Origin: Obrimoposthia wandeli
Taxonomy: Eukaryota
Reading direction: 5' to 3'
DNA: 64,000 nt
Assembly: GCA_977020255.1 (NCBI GenBank)
Contig: CDROCS010004540.1
Coordinates: 62,001-126,000, forward strand
The notes beneath the pieces are model-generated. The model worked only from the letters and a program-made list of their open reading frames with translations, did not search any database and had not been told where the DNA came from. Position numbers and translations under genes: made by a program. Of this stretch, positions 22,605 to 32,259 are shown piece by piece. Numbering within the stretch: position 1 is the first letter of the stretch; each line of letters starts with the position of its first letter.

Positions 22605-22787
22605 CTACTCACGGTTATGGGGTTTACTAAGACTTATTAACTACTGTCGTCTTTTTATGCCAATTACTTTAAAATAAGTTTTAGTAAGAAACAACGCAAT
22701 ATAGTTACCAATACTGACAATATAATGATCGCCAATTACATTTTTATTAATAATGTACGAATAATGAACTTTATCATTCATCGCCTT

Positions 22788-23340
22788 CTACTCATGAGGC
22801 CTTGTTAAGCCAAAATCCGATAAAATCACATACATGCACGGAATCATAAACAGCACCAACGTCGTCGAAGCAAAAATACCAAACACAATCGAAATAACCA
22901 AAGGCTGAATAATCTGCGCCTGCAAACTGGTTTCTAATAACAAGGGTAATAAATACTGCTCTAAAACGCTCACGACTGGCCAGCACTACCGCATGATTAA
23001 TTTCATCGCCTCGTCGATATGATGGCGAATATATTGCACCAGTAATATCGAATCGTTCACCACAATTCCCACTAGCGAAACAAAGCCCATCATACTCGGC
23101 ACACTCAATGCGTGACCCAATAAAAAGTGCCCCCACACTACACCAATAAACGCTAACGGAATTTGACTGCTGTTAGCGGTAATAATTGGGAAATTCGCCA
23201 ACTGGCCAAGATCGCCCGCTTGCACTTTATTCAACCGCACTTCAACATTAATATTTTCCACACCGACTTGAATTTGATCGGCGCGGTGACCAGAAAAGGC
23301 TGCTCGTAATGACTGACGTTCATCTGAGCATTAATACCAT
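22788..23340 (-). pseudogene. Remnant of an AcrB-family RND efflux permease
   Basis: Fragments in shifting frames: GINAQM / AAFSGHRADQIQVG..EVRL..QIPLA|FIGVVWGH..GIVVNDSILLV / SRERFRAVFIT / LPLLLETSLQAQIIQPLVISIVFG. About 180 codons remain of a ~1000-aa protein. Confidence 0.85.
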
Positions 23341-23634
23341 GACTTTCAACAGGGCTTTCTCTAGTACTGAAAATTGTGGAGACACTCGGCCTTTTAAACT
23401 GGCTTGAATGAACATGCTATTTAATAGTGGCTGACTGGGCAGTCGCTGCAATTGTGCAAGCTAGAAATTAAGGCATGTATATCGTGAATCGCAATTTGCG
23501 CTTCAACCTCCATCACCTCTAAGGCATGATCCATCACCATCACATGATTAAGATTAACTACCTGATTTTGTTCAACATCAACTTTATGCGTTGGCTCAAC
23601 TTCGATTTTAACCGTAACATTAATTGCGGCAACC

Positions 23635-25014
23635 TCAGTTTCGATATAAACAAACTCGATTGCGGCCTCCATTTTTAGCTTGATACATCATCTGATCTGC
23701 ATTTTTAAGAACCTCTTCAAAGTTATCTTGTAATAACTCAGGAGGAACCAAACCAAGGCTTGCCGTTACCGAAATAGCCTGGCCTTCAAATTCAATCAGC
23801 AGTTTTTCTATTTCAGTTCGAAGACGTTCAGCCAAAATCACAGCATCGGCTTCACCAATACCCACAAAAATCACACAAAACTCCTCTCCTCCTAAGCGCC
23901 CAATGATATCTTCACAGCGAGTATGCTGACGTAGAGAAGCTGCAACCAATCTTAAAACTAGGTCTCCAGCCAGATGGCCATAGACATCATTAATTTTCTT
24001 GAATTTATCCAAGTCCATCATCAATAAGGCATAGGGACGCTTATGGCGTAACCACTCAGCATGTCTTTTTTCAGCTTGCTCCATAAAACTGCGACGATTA
24101 GGAATACCTGTCAGCACATCTGTTGTCGCCAAATGCTCAGCATGCGCTAAAGCAATATTTAACTCTTTAGTGCGTGCCTGTACGCGGTCTTCTAGATCAT
24201 GATTTAGGGTATTCAAAGCACTTCGGGTTTGCTGCAACTCCATAAAATAGGCACGTGCTTGTACAAATCGTTGAAAAACAGAATCGGCTAGCGCAGTCAA
24301 TTCATCGCGCTGCAAACGTTTTGGTGGGGCCTGCTGCCAACCTTCTGGGTCAGCAGGATTAATTCGCGCAACCCAATGAGCATAGCGACGGACAGGCCAC
24401 GCTAACGTTATATAAAATAGCACCAATAAGGCGGCCGCTAAAATAAGAGCCTTCACCAACTCACCCAATAGGATAATCAGCGCGCGATATAAAAATTCTT
24501 GCCGTATAAGTAAGGGATCTATTTTCAAACTTAATTGGCCAATTCTCTCAGTCTGATGAAAGAGAGGAATAATCTCCATCCTCACCGCGCCAAAAATATA
24601 TGAAAAATCATCTAACCAAGCAGGAGCTTCATTTACCCGGCTGCGTCGACTTAACACCGTGCCAGTGAACGTTTCAATAGAGGCTTCAACAATCAGAGGC
24701 TGACTGACTAAGCCTTCGGCTACCCCATTTGCCAAGTCGGTACTCAAAATCCACAATGACTCAGCGGCAGCGGCAGAGGTCGACTCAATCATCCTCTCTA
24801 GCCGACGCTCAATTCTATGTTGCTCACTGGTGTATTCGACAATTAATAGCAGCAGTGCAATAAGAAAGCCCATTAGCAAGGCGATAGCCACCGTTAGATA
24901 AGCCTGCCGTAATGCTAGACCTTGGCCATACTTGCTCGCTGATTTTTTATTCTTCTTAACACTATTTTTAGTACTCTTTTTAGTGTTTTTTTTAATACCC
25001 ATTTTAATACTCAT
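23635..25014 (-). CDS. Membrane-bound diguanylate cyclase (periplasmic loop, HAMP-like linker, GGDEF)
   Basis: Two TM segments, TDVLTG, DLDKFKKIND.YGHLAGD, RCED I-site five residues before an intact GGEEF. Confidence 0.92.
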   Translation of the reverse strand: MSIKMGIKKNTKKSTKNSVKKNKKSASKYGQGLALRQAYLTVAIALLMGFLIALLLLIVEYTSEQHRIERRLERMIESTSAAAAESLWILSTDLANGVAEGLVSQPLIVEASIETFTGTVLSRRSRVNEAPAWLDDFSYIFGAVRMEIIPLFHQTERIGQLSLKIDPLLIRQEFLYRALIILLGELVKALILAAALLVLFYITLAWPVRRYAHWVARINPADPEGWQQAPPKRLQRDELTALADSVFQRFVQARAYFMELQQTRSALNTLNHDLEDRVQARTKELNIALAHAEHLATTDVLTGIPNRRSFMEQAEKRHAEWLRHKRPYALLMMDLDKFKKINDVYGHLAGDLVLRLVAASLRQHTRCEDIIGRLGGEEFCVIFVGIGEADAVILAERLRTEIEKLLIEFEGQAISVTASLGLVPPELLQDNFEEVLKNADQMMYQAKNGGRNRVCLYRN

Positions 25015-26240
25015 GGTCGTAGCGGCTGCCGTAGAGATTCAATGAGTTTATCTAATGTGAATTGATAACCTGTGGGGTTCTTTGTATGGGTTAAAGAAAA
25101 GTTTTTGAAAGGAATACGTGACCACTGCTGATCGCCCAAATACTTTATATAGTCCGTTGCATTGGCGCGATTAATCGCTGTCATAGGGAAGTGAACGTCT
25201 TTAGTCAGGATACTAAAACCGGTACCAGCTTCAGCATTAACGTTATATCCCTGCACAATATCGTAAAGTATCACCATAGCCCAAGCACCCGCCAGAAAGT
25301 GCCCGCCATGGGTTAACGTCATATCTCCCGTTATAACTTGTGAAATGGCATCTTGCGACCAATTTAATCCTGCGACTTTTACATCAACTCCTGGAATCAA
25401 TCCGGCTTCACGAATAGCCCTAATTGCTCCTAATGCAATGGCATCATTTGCCGCCCAAACCGCGCCTAATTCTTGTCCACTTTTAAGCCATAATCGTGTG
25501 CGTTTATAAGCCGCTTTACCTGACCAATTAACCGAGATACGACGCTGTTCTTTTAGTTGTGGAAATTCTGCGAGGGCACGATCCAACCCTTTAAGTCGCA
25601 CCTGTGAAGCCGGCGTATTATTGTCACCCGACAATGTCAGTAGCGCTATCGGAGGAAGCTCACTCACCTTCGATGCATGTGTATTTGTCACTAAAGACCG
25701 CGCCATTTCGTAACCGGCAATTTCATTATCAGGGGTTAAACTAGTAATCCAGTTTTTCAACGACTCACCGGGCGCGCCATAAGTACTGCGCTGCTCTGGC
25801 GTTAAACTGTTCAATAGCATTAAAGTTGGTATACCGACTTTATCCGCCATCGCCAACAAACGAGCACCTTCTTGATATTCATTCACCAAAATCAAGAAAT
25901 CAGGCTTATCAGCACCGTTAATAATAGCCTCGGCATTACGCACCATCTTCAGCCATTGCCGATCACTGTAATAAACTTCCAGATCAAAGCCCAACTGATC
26001 GGCAGCAGCACTCATCGTAGCGGTTACGTTATGCCAAAATCCTGTATCGGCATGTCCTGGATTAATAAAGACAACCTTATAAGACCTGTCGCTCTGTAAA
26101 TTTTCGCCCTGCAGTGGGGTATTCCCTCGCGCAGCATTAACGGTAAAAACTGACATCAGCAACAGAAGAACAAGCGATAGTCTAAGTAGACTCTGCCATA
26201 ATTTTACAATTTGAAAGATCAGCGATGCCTCCGTTAACAA
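25011..26240 (-). CDS. Periplasmic sugar-type substrate-binding protein
   Basis: Signal peptide, VFINPG, PDNEIAGY, RLKGL, ANDAIALGA, GGHFLAG; 4-nt stop/start overlap with the cyclase gene. Confidence 0.85.
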   Translation of the reverse strand: MLTEASLIFQIVKLWQSLLRLSLVLLLLMSVFTVNAARGNTPLQGENLQSDRSYKVVFINPGHADTGFWHNVTATMSAAADQLGFDLEVYYSDRQWLKMVRNAEAIINGADKPDFLILVNEYQEGARLLAMADKVGIPTLMLLNSLTPEQRSTYGAPGESLKNWITSLTPDNEIAGYEMARSLVTNTHASKVSELPPIALLTLSGDNNTPASQVRLKGLDRALAEFPQLKEQRRISVNWSGKAAYKRTRLWLKSGQELGAVWAANDAIALGAIRAIREAGLIPGVDVKVAGLNWSQDAISQVITGDMTLTHGGHFLAGAWAMVILYDIVQGYNVNAEAGTGFSILTKDVHFPMTAINRANATDYIKYLGDQQWSRIPFKNFSLTHTKNPTGYQFTLDKLIESLRQPLRP

Positions 26241-26376
26241 ACTTTTTCGATTTATTCTTTATCAATGTCTGTGTGTACTCAGAAATTTACCGAGTATTAG
26301 AGAAGGTTAGCAGTGTTCATGAGGTTTGGCATACTTTTGGTATGTGATTTTGACGTATATTTTGGCGGTCTATACG

Positions 26377-28092
26377 TTAGTGAATTTTCTTCGCAACCTC
26401 CTTCAACCAATAACAATCATCTTCAGAAGCACCATCGATCAGCGCGATAAATTTTAACGTTTTGGCAATCGTGCTATAACGTGGATTTTTGGGCAACAGA
26501 GACAACCTTAAATATTTATCTAAGGTGCGCGTTTTTAACGTGCCACCGTCATTGGTAATACGCCATAATTTCGATTCTTCCGCCAAGGTCAGTTTATCTT
26601 TTCCGGTCACTTGTTCCCATAGTGTTAAAGCATAATTCAGCGCCTCAACACTGATATTCTTCTTATAACTTTCAGTATCAGCGCCTTGTTGCCGTAAAAC
26701 AATGGCTAATCGATGGCTGGAATTTTCATCATCATGAGAGATATCATCATGGCTAAACAGCGCCTCCGACGTATCAATGGCCCTGCGCGCCAAGGAAGCA
26801 AAAACAACAAAGACTAGCGCCCCGACATGAGCCAAATTGGTGGTATTAATGATGTTATTGGTGAATAAAATGTCATTGATATTAGCGGTTATAAATAAAA
26901 ATCCACCGCAGAAGAGTAATGCAGACCCCTTCTCTTTTTTCTGTATCTTTTCACTCATTGCGCCTAACCATAAAAAGATATAAAGCAAAACTACGCCATG
27001 AAAAATAGGAGCAGAATAACTAAAAACTTTTGCAGGTGTTAATACCACTAACAACATCAACGAACCACAAATAGTCGTGGTGAGCCAATGCATTATTGGC
27101 GGAAAGTAACGCGGAAAACGATGGCCCAAGTACAGAGCAAAAAATGGCACACTGGCATAAATTGTTAAGTATTCAATTACCTGCTGAGTTTGCCACTCTT
27201 GAATTGCAAAGAAAGTAAAAAATAAACGCTCATTAACAGTGACTCCACGAACCGCCATCAAAGCGGCAAACAGCGCTAAATACAATAAACTAATCTGTTG
27301 GCTGCGCGCGGCACTTACAAACAAAAATAATGAAATAAAAGTTAATAAAACACTGATCCCTAACTCTAACATCATCGACGTTTCGTAAAGTGCTACTTGA
27401 TGCTTCTGAGCAGTCATTGAAAGTGTTTCCCACATACCACCATCTCGATGACGGTTATTGATTAGGTGAAACATCAAAATAATAGGTTGTTGAGGATTCG
27501 CCTCATTCGCCGAGAATGTAACGTACTGAATGCGCTCACTATCAGAAAGTGGCGCAAAAGAGCTACCGAAGTCATGGGTTTTAACTTTCAGTTCACCATC
27601 AATCCAAAGCTGAAATTGATTAGTTAAAACCGGTACTTTTAATACAAAACTTTTAGAATCCTTAGGAGGTATCAGTGCCAATAATAAGGTCGCTTTCCCC
27701 TGCCCCGGAAGCTGATAGCCCTCATAATGCATCTGATTCCAAGTGCTGGGTAAATCAAGAAAATAAGCGCTGCGTTTAATTGTTTGCAAACTGGCCTGAT
27801 CCGCTGGTAGCAGTTCATCCCAGATAAAAGCCCACTCACCGTTTAAGTTAATTTTAATTTGATCATTGGCATCCCATTCAGACAAATCCAACGTACCTTG
27901 ATGCGATTTAGTGATGGGTTGTTCAAAAAATAATGATACCGCCATAATCATTGCCACCGAAAACAACATAATAACAATGGGCAAACACAGGCGGTAAAAA
28001 AATGATCGACTATTAATCTGAAGTTGAATCTGCATCTTAAACTCAGTGGCACGCTGGAAATTTACTATAGAGGGCGACTCTAACGACCGCAA
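26377..28092 (-). CDS. 7TM-DISM-type membrane sensor with unnamed C-terminal domain
   Basis: GTLDLSEWD..LNGEWAFIW..LPSTWN..G.ATLLL extracellular domain, ~7 hydrophobic helices, no kinase or cyclase domain. Start may be ATG 28035. Confidence 0.82.
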   Translation of the reverse strand: MRSLESPSIVNFQRATEFKMQIQLQINSRSFFYRLCLPIVIMLFSVAMIMAVSLFFEQPITKSHQGTLDLSEWDANDQIKINLNGEWAFIWDELLPADQASLQTIKRSAYFLDLPSTWNQMHYEGYQLPGQGKATLLLALIPPKDSKSFVLKVPVLTNQFQLWIDGELKVKTHDFGSSFAPLSDSERIQYVTFSANEANPQQPIILMFHLINNRHRDGGMWETLSMTAQKHQVALYETSMMLELGISVLLTFISLFLFVSAARSQQISLLYLALFAALMAVRGVTVNERLFFTFFAIQEWQTQQVIEYLTIYASVPFFALYLGHRFPRYFPPIMHWLTTTICGSLMLLVVLTPAKVFSYSAPIFHGVVLLYIFLWLGAMSEKIQKKEKGSALLFCGGFLFITANINDILFTNNIINTTNLAHVGALVFVVFASLARRAIDTSEALFSHDDISHDDENSSHRLAIVLRQQGADTESYKKNISVEALNYALTLWEQVTGKDKLTLAEESKLWRITNDGGTLKTRTLDKYLRLSLLPKNPRYSTIAKTLKFIALIDGASEDDCYWLKEVAKKIH

Positions 28093-28292
28093 CCGACAAT
28101 ACCAGCACCATAGTATTATTTTTTCAAATCATTATTAACAATATCTAACAAATCGAAACTCTGAATGTTAAAGGGCTACAAGCCATTTCTTCCTGTTTTT
28201 TCCTACTTTTTCATGGTGATTCAGCCTCGAATACCTAATCTGATAATCGCGATCACTCTGAACGCACAATAAAAACAAAACTGGAGTTAATA

Positions 28293-29453
28293 ATGCAATC
28301 AAGAAACAGCATGATAAAAAGAACACTCTATCTTCTGCTCGTCAGCTTCTCGATGTTTCACACGGGCTTTACTCAAGCCGCAGGTGAAGAATATCTAGAC
28401 TATGGACTGCACTGGGTAAAGATGTCATCAGGAGTAGAACAACAGGCCAAAGCGGTTGAGCATGACGGAACCGTCATCGCAAGAAATACCAACTATTATA
28501 GTGATAGTAAACCTACCGTTATCTATTTTCACGGCTGGCAAAATGGCTCATCAGAAGAAGGTTATCGTCGAGAAAACTTTGAATTCTCAGACGTTGACGA
28601 AAACACAATACAAGCTTGGAAGGATCAAGGTTGGAACGTCGCTATATTTCACTGGAACCAGTTTGCCGATGAAAGTGAACTGAAAGATGCAGAAGCTAAA
28701 ATCTGGAGCACTAGTGGTCCAAAAGGCATGCGCTATCGCTTAGATGACGGCCGCTACAGCACGACACAATCGCCAACTGCATCCGTCGGCGAAATTGCAT
28801 TCCAACAGATCACAGCCGTGCTAGCAAACAATACCTCAAACAACATTCGCTTCGCCGGCCACTCGCTAGGTAACCAGCTAGCGGTATTTGTTGCCCAACA
28901 AATTAACGTTGGTATCAATGATGGATCAGTGAGTGATAACGTCATGCCTAACCGAATCGAACTGCTCGATCCATTCTGGTCAAAAGAAGGCAAAGACTAC
29001 CTCGGTGATGTAAATGACGATGGTCAAAATGATTGGGTTGGCGAAACCGTTCGCTGGGCGATTGAAGATATGATAGCAGACCAAGATATTGCCGTTACCT
29101 GGTATAAAACCTCAGGAATACTTGATCTATGGATTGGTGATGCAAATACAGACCTAGAGAGTGAAGTCGCTCTGATGCGTAACCGTTTTTGGTATCTAGA
29201 TTCTTGGGAGATAGCATCAAAGCACGTTCATGCACCTAAATGGTATTTCATGTCAAAGGCATCCGATGCGCCTGAAGAGGTCACGATAAACTGGTGGGGA
29301 AAACGCAGTAAAACAGGCTACGATGCCGCAAGCGCATCCACCTCAGATAACCGTATCAAATTCATGATGGGTAATGCATACGAATGGGATCAAGTTGAAG
29401 GTCGCTATACAGCCGATCCATCAGATGATCAATTTGAAGTGAAAAATTATTAA
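28293..29453 (+). CDS. Secreted alpha/beta-hydrolase-fold protein (lipase/esterase-like)
   Basis: Signal peptide, YFHGW oxyanion-type strand, AGHSLG nucleophile elbow, LLDP, GGAG RBS. Confidence 0.75.
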   Translation: MQSRNSMIKRTLYLLLVSFSMFHTGFTQAAGEEYLDYGLHWVKMSSGVEQQAKAVEHDGTVIARNTNYYSDSKPTVIYFHGWQNGSSEEGYRRENFEFSDVDENTIQAWKDQGWNVAIFHWNQFADESELKDAEAKIWSTSGPKGMRYRLDDGRYSTTQSPTASVGEIAFQQITAVLANNTSNNIRFAGHSLGNQLAVFVAQQINVGINDGSVSDNVMPNRIELLDPFWSKEGKDYLGDVNDDGQNDWVGETVRWAIEDMIADQDIAVTWYKTSGILDLWIGDANTDLESEVALMRNRFWYLDSWEIASKHVHAPKWYFMSKASDAPEEVTINWWGKRSKTGYDAASASTSDNRIKFMMGNAYEWDQVEGRYTADPSDDQFEVKNY

Positions 29454-29473
29454 TTAATAAAAGAGAGTCGTCA

Positions 29474-29520
29474 TCGTAAATATTGAGCGTTCAGTTTAAC
29501 TAATCGCTTAATATTTACGA
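29474..29520. other. 16-bp inverted repeat / stem-loop
   Basis: TCGTAAATATTGAGCG-15nt-CGCTTAATATTTACGA with one G-U pair. Confidence 0.7.
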
Positions 29521-29553
29521 CCTAGCTTGGTTAAAAAACACTGCTTTTATATC

Positions 29554-29619
29554 TTTACAGCACTAAAGTTTTTCATATTTACAGCACTAAAGTTTTCTAT
29601 ATTTACAGCACTAAAGTTT
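29554..29619. repeat. Three tandem copies of a 24-bp unit
   Basis: Identical 18-bp core TTTACAGCACTAAAGTTT at 29554, 29578 and 29602. Confidence 0.9.
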
Positions 29620-29767
29620 CTACGATACCCTTGAGTACCTAAGCTCTCAGCACATTCTTACTTATAGAGTTTCTTCAAATAATAACGAATAATTATCAAT
29701 AATATCCCTTCCAAGTTTTACTTTTCTACGCTATTTTAGTAATCCCATAGGTTGAAAGGTTGCAATA

Positions 29768-30559
29768 ATGCTGCTGCGCACCAGCTGTTATTTAGAGTTC
29801 GATATCGCGGTTCATACCCCCTTTATATTCATGCTAAAGCCTTGCAGTGGTTCCCAGCAATGGATCATCAGTGAAGAATACAGACACACCCCCATGCTAC
29901 CTGTTTTTGAATTCAGCGATCCTTACGGCAACCTTTGCCAGCGATTAATTGCGCCGCCTGGAAGACTTATTATTAAAACCGTTGCTGAAGTAATGACTTC
30001 AGATACTTATGATCGTTTACCCGGCGCTCCTTTTGTCGATATTGAAAACCTTCCCGACTCAGTACTCAGTTATTTACTGCCCAGTCGCTTTTGCGAATCG
30101 GATAGGTTTGCAAACTTAGCGACTGAAATAACGCAGGAGTGCTTGCCAGGATACGATCAGGTGTCGGCGATTGAACACTGGGTTCGATCCAACATCGCGT
30201 ATGAAATGGAAGGCAGTGATATTCAATTGTCGGCCACCGAAATAAACCATCGAGGCGCGGGGGTTTGCCGTGACTTTTCGCACCTTGGTATTGCTCTCTG
30301 CCGAAGCCTAAGTATTCCTGCGAGACTCGTCGTCGGTTACTTACACGGCTTAGTACCGATGGATTTGCACGCTTGGTTTGAAGCGTACGTCGGTGGACGC
30401 TGGTATACCTTTGATGCCACTCAAGCTGAATTAAGAGGGGGTTATGTCGCGATTGGTTATGGCCGAGATGCAGCAGATGTGGCCATTTTTAACCAATTTG
30501 GTCCACCCAGTAATTTAACGGTTAAGCACATCGCGGTTGAACAAATTCACCACGATTAA
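29768..30559 (+). CDS. Transglutaminase-family protein
   Basis: Catalytic triad GVCRDF / DLHAW / FDAT. Confidence 0.9.
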   Translation: MLLRTSCYLEFDIAVHTPFIFMLKPCSGSQQWIISEEYRHTPMLPVFEFSDPYGNLCQRLIAPPGRLIIKTVAEVMTSDTYDRLPGAPFVDIENLPDSVLSYLLPSRFCESDRFANLATEITQECLPGYDQVSAIEHWVRSNIAYEMEGSDIQLSATEINHRGAGVCRDFSHLGIALCRSLSIPARLVVGYLHGLVPMDLHAWFEAYVGGRWYTFDATQAELRGGYVAIGYGRDAADVAIFNQFGPPSNLTVKHIAVEQIHHD

Positions 30560-30596
30560 GTGCTTGGTTAAAAAAAACAAGGTACGAATTGTTTTG

Positions 30597-30612
30597 TGGT
30601 CTATATATTGCT
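30597..30612 (+). promoter_or_regulatory. Candidate sigma-54 (-24/-12) promoter
   Basis: TGGTCTATATATTGCT has GG-N10-GC spacing with TTGCT, ~175 nt upstream of the ATP-grasp start codon. Confidence 0.45.
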
Positions 30613-30786
30613 AACAATATATGAACAATAAACCATTAGCTTGTACGTACTTAATTGAACATAACCGCTCTTAACGCATTTTTAGATCTCAATGATCTAC
30701 GAGTAATACTGCGTTTAGAGTAAAAATAGATATATAGTTTACTTAATTTTTTAGCGTCATAAATTTACAAAGGACTTTGAAAAGAA

Positions 30787-32229
30787 ATGACAGATATATG
30801 GAATGACTACGTTTGCGAAGACTTCTATGATGAAGTCATGAGCAGCCCAGGCAATGCGCGAAAAGCAGCCAAGAAAATGGTGTCTTATTTTAAAACGCTC
30901 TCAGAAGACACCGTAGAGCTACACCGTAAAGCCGCTGACTCAACCATCAAAGAAATGGGTGTGAGCTTCACCGTTTATTCGGATGAAGGCAACATTGACC
31001 GTGCATGGCCTTTTGATATTGTGCCAAGAACCATTAGCAAAGCGCATTGGGATGTCACCGCCGAAGGCCTTAAGCAACGCTTAAAAGCTCTTAACATGTT
31101 TATTAATGATATTTATAACGACCAAAATATTATTAAAGACGGGGTTGTTCCTGCTTATGTACTCGAACAATCAGAAAACTTTCGCAAAGAGTGCGTCGGT
31201 TTCTCGCCTCCTTTGGGAATATGGGCACACATATGCGGCACAGATTTGGTGCGTGATAGCGACGGTGAGTTTTATGTTTTAGAAGACAACTTGCGTGTGC
31301 CTTCTGGCGTTTCTTACATGTTAGAAAATCGCTCGATTACTAAGCGTATTCTTCCTGAACTGTTTGAAGAAATAAAAATTGCACCGATCGATGATTATTG
31401 TACGCAGTTATTCGAAACGTTAATCGTATTGTCACCGCGTGAAATCCCAAATCCCGTGGTTGTGGTATTAACCCCTGGCATTTATAACTCGGCCTATTTT
31501 GAACATGCGTTTTTAGCTCAAAATATGGGTTGTGAGTTGGTAGAAGGTGCTGACCTAGTCGTTAAAGATGACGATTGCGTTTACATGAAAACCATTGCGG
31601 GGCTTGAGCGAGTTGATGTTATTTATCGCCGCATCGATGACCTATTTATTGACCCAGAAGTCTTTAATAAAGACTCCCAGCTTGGCGTTAAGGGATTAAT
31701 GCGCGCTTGGAAAGCCGGTAATGTAGGTTTAGCCAATGCACCTGGTGCAGGTGTTGCCGATGATAAGGTTATTTATGCTTTTGTACCTGACATCATTCGC
31801 TACTACCTAAAAGAAGAGCCGATTTTAAAAAATGTTAAGACCTATCTTTGTTACGACAAAGAGCAGCGTGAATACGTTATTGATAACATCGAAAAGCTAG
31901 TGATCAAACCCGCTAATGAATCTGGCGGCTACGGCATGCTTGTAGGACCGCACTCGACTAAAAAAGAGCGCGACAAGTTCGTTAAATTGATCAATGAGAA
32001 TCCTAGAAACTATATAGGACAACCGACCTTAGCATTATCAACCGCGCCTGCCTTTGTAGGAAAAAATCAACTAGAGGCACGCCATCTCGACTTACGACCT
32101 TTTGTTCTTCAAGGAAAAAACTCCTACGTTACCATGGGTGGTTTAACCCGAGTGGCAATGAAAAAAGGATCCTTGGTAGTTAACTCGTCACAAGGTGGCG
32201 GCAGTAAAGACACCTGGATCGTTGAATAA
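30787..32229 (+). CDS. Circularly permuted type 2 ATP-grasp protein
   Basis: WPFDIVPR, GTDLVRD, VLEDNLRVPSGVSY, VIYRRIDD, KPANESGGYG, DLRP, GGLTRVA, NSSQGGGSKDTW. Confidence 0.93.
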   Translation: MTDIWNDYVCEDFYDEVMSSPGNARKAAKKMVSYFKTLSEDTVELHRKAADSTIKEMGVSFTVYSDEGNIDRAWPFDIVPRTISKAHWDVTAEGLKQRLKALNMFINDIYNDQNIIKDGVVPAYVLEQSENFRKECVGFSPPLGIWAHICGTDLVRDSDGEFYVLEDNLRVPSGVSYMLENRSITKRILPELFEEIKIAPIDDYCTQLFETLIVLSPREIPNPVVVVLTPGIYNSAYFEHAFLAQNMGCELVEGADLVVKDDDCVYMKTIAGLERVDVIYRRIDDLFIDPEVFNKDSQLGVKGLMRAWKAGNVGLANAPGAGVADDKVIYAFVPDIIRYYLKEEPILKNVKTYLCYDKEQREYVIDNIEKLVIKPANESGGYGMLVGPHSTKKERDKFVKLINENPRNYIGQPTLALSTAPAFVGKNQLEARHLDLRPFVLQGKNSYVTMGGLTRVAMKKGSLVVNSSQGGGSKDTWIVE

Positions 32230-32259
32230 CAAATAGTTGAATAGGCATAGGAGAAATAC

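Noticed and set aside
26325-26350. Sigma-54 motif near TTTGGCATACTTTTGG
   Set aside because: The spacing does not give GG-N10-GC, and it points away from the nearest gene start.
29554-29619. CRISPR mini-array
   Set aside because: The repeat period is 24 bp with only 6 nt between cores, and there are no cas genes.
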